DNA of 41,247 nucleotides from Octopus sinensis. Taxonomy: Eukaryota. Below the pieces are notes generated by a model, which was not told the origin of the DNA, ran no database searches, and saw nothing but the letters and a program-made list of their open reading frames with translations. Location of the stretch: positions 1-41,247 of the forward strand of contig NW_021835372.1 of NCBI RefSeq assembly GCF_006345805.1, in the 5' to 3' direction. Positions 33,041-41,247 of the stretch are shown piece after piece (position 1 is the stretch's first letter; each line of letters starts with the position of its first letter). Position numbers and translations under genes: made by a program.

Positions 33041-33612
33041 GACGTTCTGAGTTCAAATTCCGCTGAGGTCGACTTTGCCTTTCATCCTTTCGGAGTCGAT
33101 TAAATAAATACCAGTTTCGCACGGGGGTCGATGTAATCGACTTAATCCGTTTGTCTGTCTTTGTTTGTCCCCTCTATGTTTAGCCCCTTGTGGGCAATAA
33201 AGAAATAAGAATCTTTGCCACGCCGAGTAAAATGCTTAGCAACATTTCGTCTGTCTGCTCGTTCTGAGTTCGAATTCCACTGAGGTCGACTTTACCTTTC
33301 ATCCTTTCGGAGTCGATAAGTACCAGTTGTGTACTGGGGTCGATGTAACCGACTCTCCCCTTCCAAATTTCAGGCCTTGTGCCTATAGTAGAAAGGATTC
33401 TTCATAGTGAGTAAAGGCGGCGAGCTGGAAGAGTCGTTAGTGCATTGAACAAATTGATTAGCGGCATTTCTTCTGGCTTACGTTCTGAGTTCAAATACCA
33501 CCGAGGTCGACTTTGCCTTTCACCCTTTTGAGGTCGATAAAATAAGAACCAGTCAAGAGTGCTTGGGTCGATGTAATCAACTCACTCTTTCCCCTTGTGC
33601 CAAAATTTGAAA
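33041..33612 (+). mobile_element. Cluster of three SINE B monomers (tails Z, Y, X)
   Basis: Units at about 33041-33212, 33217-33398 and 33416-33612. Confidence 0.9.
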
Positions 33613-34219
33613 TAGTATTAATTATGAGTAAGCTTAGAAATCATTTAATAAACCAAGTCGCGAGATGCAATCTTTTATAGACTTCCTATGTGGCTCAAAA
33701 CACGGTGTTGTTAGAGCATAGGCGAGCTACTAAAATGTAAGAAAAGCAACTCGGTCCGTGTGATGTTAAGAGTCTTTGTGTTTTTCCGAATAGCTAATGC
33801 ATGTCGCCCACGCTATAATTACAAATTTTTGAAATATTTTAGCGATAATTAATCTCAGTGGATTATAAGGATTCCTAACATAGGCACAATGCCTTAATGT
33901 TTAAGAAAAGCAATCGATCGAATCGATCTCGCGGTATTGATTACTCCCACGAGGATGAAAGATAAAATATCCTTTCAAATGAGATTTAATTTCAGAATAA
34001 AAGATACCATGACTAAATACCACACGGGTTCCAACTCCCACCCCAAAGAACTATTTCTGCCAACCAATACCTTAAATAAATTGCGATCCATTCTTCTAAA
34101 GTTGTCAAATTGGTCCTTCTGGCAAAGTGATTTTTTTTCTTGCTATCACTCACAATCTTCGTGGTTTCTAATCCTGCTGTAGCTACTCATGGTTTTAATT
34201 TTACAACGGCTAAAAACAT

Positions 34220-34678
34220 TTATATAGTGTTTGGGGTCATTGCAACCGTGTGGTCATGGGTTCAATCGCACTGCGCATTACGTCGCGCAAATGTCTGCTA
34301 CAAAAGCCTCAGGATGAGATGCCTTGCGAGTGAATTTGGTAGAGGGAAACTATGTAGAAGACCTCCATATATATATATATATATATATATGCGTCTGTGT
34401 GTGTACATGTGTGTGTGTGTGTGTGTGTGTGCATTTCTATATACGCGTGTGTGTGTATGTGAGAGTATAAGTTTCCATGCGTACGTGTATATATCTTAGG
34501 GTTCGTGCTTGTCTCCTTCTAGCGCTTGACAACCTGTTCGTTTATTTATGTCTCGATAACTTAGCGGTTTGGCCAAAAAGGCCGATAGAATAAATATTAG
34601 TCTTTTAAAAATAAGTACTGGGACCAATATATTTGACTAAACACTTCAAGCTGGTGCTCCAGTATGGCCACAGGTCAA
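34220..34678 (+). mobile_element. Old SINE A-type copy
   Basis: Decayed head (catgggttcaatc), gccttgcgagtgaatttggtagagggaaact, central TA/TG tract and ggtgctccagtatggccaca tail. Confidence 0.7.
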
Positions 34679-34729
34679 CCACACACACACACACACGCGC
34701 ACGGGCATGCATATATGTATATGTATATA

Positions 34730-34816
<87 letters not shown>

Positions 34817-34818
<2 letters not shown>

Positions 34819-35087
34819 GGCGCAGGAGTTGCTGTGTGGTAATTAGCTTGCTTTCCAACCACAGGATTCCAGGCTCCATCCTATTGCGTGGCATCTTAGG
34901 CAAGTGTCTTCTGCTATAGTCTCGGGCCGACCAAAGCCTTGTGAGTGGATTTGGTAGGCGGGAACTGAAAGAGGCCTGTTGTATGTATGTATGTATGTAT
35001 GTATGTATGTATGTATGTATGTATGTATGTATGTATGTATGTATGTATGTATGTATGTATGTATGTATGTATGTATGTATGTATGTA

Positions 35088-35130
<43 letters not shown>

Positions 35131-35344
35131 ATGTGTCTGTGTTTGTCCTCCTCCCCAACATCAATTTACAACCGATGCGGATATGTTTACGTCCCGTAAC
35201 TTAGCAGCTCAGCAAAAGCGAAATCGATAGAATAAGTACTAGGCTTACAAATAGTAAGTTCTGGAGTCGATTTACTCGACGAAAGGCGGTGCTCCAACAT
35301 GGCCACAGTCAAAATGACTAAAGCAAGAAAAAGAATAAAAGAAT
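34817..35344 (+). mobile_element. Full-length SINE family A with expanded (TATG)n centre
   Basis: Same organisation as 25040-25480; centre 34980-35130 is (TATG)n(TG)n. Confidence 0.92.
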
Positions 35345-35653
35345 ATAAATATATACGTATACATACATACCTACTCATATATACGTACATACATATATAT
35401 GTATAACTCAAATTACACTGGACGAATATATACATAAGTGCCTATAAGTATAGTGTATCTATCTATCCATACACACACGCACGCACCTTCATGCATATAC
35501 ATTTATATATATGTACATACTTATATACCCGTTCAGTGTAATCTAAACCTCAAACTTCTTAGCAAATAATCAGTGTTCAGAGTTCCATGCGTATTCCCGT
35601 TTGTGATGTATTTGTGTCATTTCTTATGAATTCGTGGTTGGGGTTCTTCACAG

Positions 35654-35963
35654 GGTTGTTATTTGCTCTTTCTTGAGCCATGCCTGGCTCATAAGGGCTG
35701 GTTTCCCAGTTTCATTGGCGTATAGGTTTCCCACCTGGACGGGACGCCTGTCCGTCACAGATGAGCCACTAGATGCAGGAGGAAAGAATGAGAGAAAGTT
35801 GTGGCGAAGGAACCAGCAGAAGTTCGCCATTACCTTCTGCTGGAGCTGCGTGGAGTTTAGGTTTTTCGCTCATAAATACACACAACGCTCAGTCTGAGAT
35901 TCGAACACGCGATCCCTCGACCCCGAAGTCTGCTGCACTTGCCACTAGGCCATGTACCTCCAC
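35654..35963 (-). mobile_element. SINE family D (possible 8-bp TSD cttcacag)
   Basis: Homologous to 15223-15506; cttcacag at 35646-35653 and 35966-35973. Confidence 0.85.
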
Positions 35964-36993
35964 TACTTCACAGAGTACATGTAGAAAATTAAATGAGAGA
36001 GATTGCTTATAAGATTTTTAAATTCGATAAATATCTTACAAATAATCTCTTGTTTTAATTTCTATATATGTAGAAATGCGTATATGATGCATAATTACTT
36101 ACCAGGGTGCATCTTAATTAGACTTAGCTAGGCATTTTTCATTAGAACTTCTCACCAAATTCACATTTAATTTATTAATTATTTGGAAGTAGGACATTCA
36201 GTATATCCCCTGAAATAAATCAATCAGATTAAATTGATTTCGGATACACGATGTGAAAAGAAATATGTGTGATCGTACCTCATAGCATGTCTTCCATTGT
36301 GGAACGTTTTGTTTCGATGACCTTATTTCTCATCAGGTCGATCACACCTCGTAGTAAGCCTTCCGTTATAGAACGTTCTGTTCTGATAACTCTACCTCCC
36401 TCAGATTCATGATCAACGCAGCAACAAGACAAGCTTCTACGTGGCCGTTTGACCTGAGAAATATGGTAGCGAAATTTACCTCAAAGCACCTGCTATCGTC
36501 TTTTTGATAAAATCACGTTGAATAACATGGGTTATGAAAAAAGAAAATTTTAAACACGGAAGCGGCACATGAGAATCTCCGCACGAACTGTCAAAGTAGA
36601 TTTCAGGATGGTCACGGCTGGAAGATTTTTTATCATGAAAGCTAATCTATGACTAAACAACAACAACACTAACCAATTATCAAAAACGTTTTGACCATTA
36701 ACAGCCAACCCATTTTCTTTCACTGACATAGTGTATTTTGGCATACATTATCCAATGTGTTCTTCCATTTAAGGATGATAGTGAGTGATTTGATTGAAAT
36801 TTTATTTGCTTGTTGGTTAAATAAACAATAACTTCTTTTTTTCTTTTTTTTGTCTTTCAACGAAATCGATAGAAACATTAATAAACCTTTTCACAAAGGA
36901 AACACGAGACAAGAGTTAGAATTACGCACATCTTAGTATTCAAATCTCATTATATTCTCTTTCTTTCTCTCTTTCGCTCTCTCTCTCTCTCTT

Positions 36994-37049
<56 letters not shown>

Positions 37050-37221
37050 TCTTTATAAATCTTCAAAGACACAAATAGTTGACATCCATGTTACACTACA
37101 TGCAAAAAAAAATTAGGTTGAGCACCGTAGATTATAGGCTAACTTTCTGCTATGTTGCCATACGCTCAATCAAGGATACCAGTTCGATTCAAAGCAATGT
37201 CAATTATTATGTAACCTAATA

Positions 37222-37336
37222 ACGCAGCGAGCTGGCAGAATCGTTCGTATGCCGGAGTTGATTCGTTCGGCTAAAATTCTTCAAGAGAGTGTTCCAGCAT
37301 GGTCGCAATCTAATAACTGAAGCATGTAAAAGATAA
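37222..37336 (+). mobile_element. Chimeric SINE fragment: B head fused to A-type tail
   Basis: gcgagctggcagaatcgtt (B head) joined to gagttgattcgttcggctaaaa...ccagcatggtcgca...actgaagca.gtaaaaga (A tail). Confidence 0.6.
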
Positions 37337-37366
37337 TATGTATATACACGAGCGTGATCTTTACAA

Positions 37367-37699
37367 GCATCACCTTACTGGCACTTGAGCCGTTGGCACG
37401 TGAAAAAACATTTGAGCGAGGTCGTTGCCAGTGCCGTTAGACTGGCTCCTGTGCAGGTGGCACGTAAAAAACACCATTTGAGCGTGGCCGTTGTCAATAC
37501 CGCCTGACTGGCCTACGTGCCGGTGGCACATAAAAGCACCCACTACATTCTTGAAGTGGTTGGCGTTAGGAAGGGCATCCAACTGTAGAAACTCTGCCAG
37601 ATAAGATTGGAGCCTGGTGCAGCCATCTGGTTCGCCAGTCCTCAGTCAAATCGTCCAACCCATGCTAGCATGGAAAGCGGACGTTAAACGATGATGATG
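37367..37699 (+). mobile_element. SINE family E body with RTE-type 3' tail
   Basis: ggttggcgttaggaagggcatcca body motif; ends ccaacccatgctagcatggaaagcggacgttaaac(gat)n. Confidence 0.75.
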
Positions 37700-37857
37700 G
37701 TGTGTGTGTGTGTGTGTGTGTGTGTATAAGATAGGGAGGGTTGTTCATGTGAGTGCTGTATGTTAGTCGTAATAAAAACTGTTCAGCGAAAAGCCTTCAG
37801 ATTCTCATCCACAAAAGACGCATTACGTAATAAAATCAATAAAATTAAACAGCAACA

Positions 37858-38313
37858 CTAATCAACAATCGGTATAGAGCCAAGTCAGTAGACAAAGCAT
37901 TAGAACAATGCAAAAACAAATCCACCCCTCCCTCCACTTCCATATATATATAACATACACAACAACACAAAGTCAGAGAGAAAGAAGCAATACGCACATT
38001 GTACTACGTGAACTAAATACACTTTAGTTACAAAATAAATAGGAATCGTATTAAACAAAAATACTTATAAGACAGAATCATTATGCATAAGATTCAATTA
38101 CAAATTAACAATAGAACATGTTATAAAAAGACTAGAATAAAAAACCTTGTCTTCAACATGAAATCACAATGCTAGAAACCAACGAACATACTTCAGGTGA
38201 CTAATTTGTTGGAAGAATTTCATCGCAAACGTGGAAGTAGTAAAGTTCCCGAAATGAACGGTTACGTTGGACGTACATACGCAACACTTTCTCGGCGTTT
38301 GACTATGCATCTA
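37858..38313 (+). pseudogene. Penelope-like element remnant (RT thumb, linker, GIY-YIG endonuclease)
   Basis: LINNRYRAKSVDKAL, then one frame with stops: TLYYVN*IHFSYK...CYKKTRIKNLVFN...ILQVTNLLEEFHRKRGSSK...NGYVGRTYATLSRRLTMHL, matching the NVVYxFxC...YIGxTxxxLxxRLxxH pattern. Confidence 0.72.
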
Positions 38314-39176
38314 CGCATTTACAAGCAGCCAATTGTAGTGGATGAGAACAAATGGTTACAGGATGAAATGAAAGAGAGGAGTGAATAAAAATAATTAACA
38401 GAATAAAACTGTAAGGCATTATAGTGTATATGCATTTCTAATTGTGTGTGTGTGTGCGTAGTGATAACTCATTGCTAAGAAAGGTGTTCACTTTGTCGAG
38501 TATGTTATACATCCAACGTGAAATACTCTGTCACACTGAACTACCGCCAATGAGTGTAGTCAACAATTACAACCAGAAACTAAATCCCTCTTGGAACGCA
38601 ATTCGAAACAACTGACCGATTCTGGAGTTTTAGTTAATCCAAATTTATCTTCGACCGCTTGATCTGAAATCTTGATGCATTGCATGTACTAAAGTGTTCC
38701 GGTCGATTTTGAACGTACGATTCACGAGCAGGTAATAGTCAAATGCTTTATCTATCTAACAATCTCTCTAATAATCTTCTTCAGTCCAGTACATATGGAG
38801 CGGATTGACAGACAGAAAAGCTGTGAGTGAGAGATGGAAGGATAGACAGATAGAATGGTAGACAAGGAACATGCAGACAGAGAGACATATCAATGAAAGC
38901 TTGCTAGGTAGATTAATGGATAGATACAGAGATGGATAGATAGGTACATACATATATAGGCAAACAGATATATATATATATATGATAAGATGAGGTTTTT
39001 ATTCCCATGCTACCTACTTGATATGATCGGTAATTAAAATAACGATCTTATCCTTATTTATATTCACTGCGGTGGTATTTTGACCATATCGCACGAGGAT
39101 TTTAGGCGGGCAATTTAAACTGGTCGTGTGCATACGTGCATATGTGTGTGTATACATGCGTATATGTAAGTATTCG

Positions 39177-39221
<45 letters not shown>

Positions 39222-39639
39222 TATTTATGTACTGTTTTGTCTGTATTCCACTGGTTAGGTAAAGCATTTCTTATACAGAGTCTGAAATCCGGGATCTGGA
39301 ATTTTCCAAAAATTTTTTGTTAGTTTATTTTGTCTCTTTGTCTTCTCTCCTGGTGCTGTATGAACATTAAATGTGGGTTTAGAGTCGAGTTTTGACTGCT
39401 ATATCTAGCATGGTGGTATCTTTTAGATACCCTAAATTATAATTTTAATTTATATATGTATATCTATATGTATATATATACACACCACACAACCACATTA
39501 TATATATATATACACATATATGTATATGTATATATTATATATATATATACTATATATATATATATACATGCGCATACATACATACATACATACATACATA
39601 CATACATACATACATACATACATACATACATACATACAT

Positions 39640-39780
39640 GTGAATCGTTGGCGATTTTCTTCCTCCGTTTTCCCTTCTATTGGACTTTCCTCTGTTTCCG
39701 AAGAAGAGCATCTACTCGAAACGTTACCATCTTTCTTTCCTTCCCTGAGCGTCTTCTAATACTTTACATGTACCACGTAT
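39640..39780 (+). mobile_element. Microsatellite-embedded island, hammerhead-bearing family H1 (divergent subfamily)
   Basis: CCGAAGA-A-GAG-CATCTA-CTC-GAAAC-GTT at 39698-39725 followed by ccctgagcgtcttctaatac, as in the other H1 copies. Confidence 0.65.
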
Positions 39781-40384
39781 ATTAATATATTTACACACAC
39801 ACACACACACACACACAGACTGAAACAGTCAAACGACGATGATCACGACGATGATGATCATATCGACGACAAGGAAGTGGAAGTGAAGGAAAGCAATAAC
39901 AACTATGACGACGGTGACCAAGTCGACGACGCTGCTGCTGATGATGACGATGATGATGCAGACGATGGTGATGTTTATGTCGATATTAGCACTCCATCAA
40001 CATTAACCAAATACATCTCTGATCAAAGGTGTTCCACCCTTTGGTCATCTCATGTTTTATTTGTTTTACAAACAAACCTCGTCTGGAACTGCATTAACTA
40101 ATATTAAGTACTAAAAATGCATAGAACAAAAAAAAACAATGATTTTATTCGTTGTTGATGTTGAATTTATTCATTGACCATTTGCCAAAAATATTATAAA
40201 AACAGACGAAATATTGTGAAACATCCATTTTATATTTAAATGCAATTTGTTAAAGGTTGCCAAAATGTTTAGAGATAGCTTTCGGTAGGGGGGGGGGATC
40301 GAGTTGATTTTTACTGCAATACAACATTGCGTGAAAAGGGTGTTAGGTTCGAACGAATGGAGCACGCGCGCGCGCGCATTTTTC

Positions 40385-40590
40385 ATCTTTTATTTTTTTT
40401 TATCATTTACTTGTTTCATTTATTAGACTACGGCCACGCAGGGGCAGTGCGCCCCGAAGAATATTAACCGAACGAATTTACTTCAGTACTTATTATTTAT
40501 TTAGGCATCAGTCCGAACCGAGGACATAAACACACCAACACCATTTGTCAAGCAGCGATGGACAAACACAGACACAAAATACACAAATCC
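40385..40590 (-). mobile_element. Degenerate SINE A-type 3' half
   Basis: tttacttgtttca...cggccacgcaggggcagtgc...aaacacaccaacacc...acaaacacagacac. Confidence 0.65.
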
Positions 40591-40602
40591 AAAACCAAAT
40601 CT

Positions 40603-40822
40603 ATGGATACTACGGTTTTCGTCCAGAAAATTGCCAATTTTCCCAACTAGCTCCGCTGTTTTCACGTCCCTCTCCCTTCCCCCACGCCTTTCATCGTCTC
40701 TCACCTCCTCTCTGGTATCACTGAACCTCTTGTGTCAGCGCAAAAGTTTATCCACGACCAGTCTGGAGCATTTCATAAGTTTCTATAGCATCTTTGCCCA
40801 GTTTAACTCAAAATATTTTGGC
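40603..40822 (-). pseudogene. Mariner transposase N-terminal (HTH) fragment
   Basis: AKIF*VKLGKDAIETYEMLQT, frameshift, then HKRFSDTREEVRDDERRGGRERDVKTAELVGKIGNFLDENRSI; matches the KFCxKLGKxxxETY...WxxRFxxGRxxxxDDxRxGR pattern. Confidence 0.8.
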
Positions 40823-41247
40823 ACAACCAGCTGCCAAACGTCCCGATCCCCGTTCTGCAAACAAGTCAGCTGTGAGGAAGCAGTGTTTTGCAGAGCGTGT
40901 TCAAAGTTCAGTCACAGACGTCTCCTTCAATATAGAATAACAAAAGTAGGCAAGTCAGCTTATTAGATTTATAGTAGTGATAATCCAGGATAATCTATGA
41001 CATTTATAACTGCCTCTCCTAAAAACATCTAAAAACTCTTGGAATGCACCTCATATATATATATATAATCAAAATAAGCAACAAGGATATCCAGCGGTAA
41101 TGCAGTACGATCGTTTCATGCGACACCATTTAATTGAACAATACAAATATGACATCAGTTTAAAATGTAGAGCAATCTTCAGCTGCATAAGAAGATTGCT
41201 TTACATTTTAAAACTGATTGTAATATTTGCATTGTTCATTAAATGGG

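Noticed and set aside
31318-33612. CRISPR-like repeat-spacer reading of the SINE B arrays
   Set aside because: Repeats are over 100 bp, spacers are recurring tail types rather than unique sequences, there are no cas genes, and the context is eukaryotic.
36291-36345. Perfect CTGATGA...GAAAC on the minus strand
   Set aside because: Stem I does not pair next to the core, and GAUGA can pair with UCAUC, which would sequester the core; no second copy seen.

Overview
AT-rich eukaryotic, repeat-dominated intronic/intergenic DNA. The SINE content and microsatellite load suggest a coleoid cephalopod such as Octopus (inference from recalled repeat families, not from a search). No intact host gene, tRNA gene or rRNA is visible. 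Recognisable content: (i) a 2-kb 5'-truncated R4/Dong-clade non-LTR retrotransposon (RT with YMDD, CCHC knuckle, restriction-like endonuclease) inserted in a (TAA)n tract; (ii) decayed fragments of L1/Tx1, CR1-like, RTE-related, Penelope-like (GIY-YIG) and mariner elements; (iii) roughly 30 copies of at least five tRNA-derived SINE families (my labels A-E plus a minimal TAA-tailed SINE), including two head-to-tail arrays; (iv) many short islands embedded in (TA)n or (TAA)n microsatellites. The most interesting signal is in these islands: three unrelated families carry minimal type I hammerhead-ribozyme-like motifs, one as a 150-bp inverted-repeat pair whose consensus rebuilds an intact core. 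This points to a set of non-autonomous, microsatellite-targeted Penelope-derived or retrozyme-like elements. One short unique segment (28258-28394) looks like a host exon, and its best frame contains an in-frame TGA. All alignments and folds were done by eye, so boundaries are approximate.
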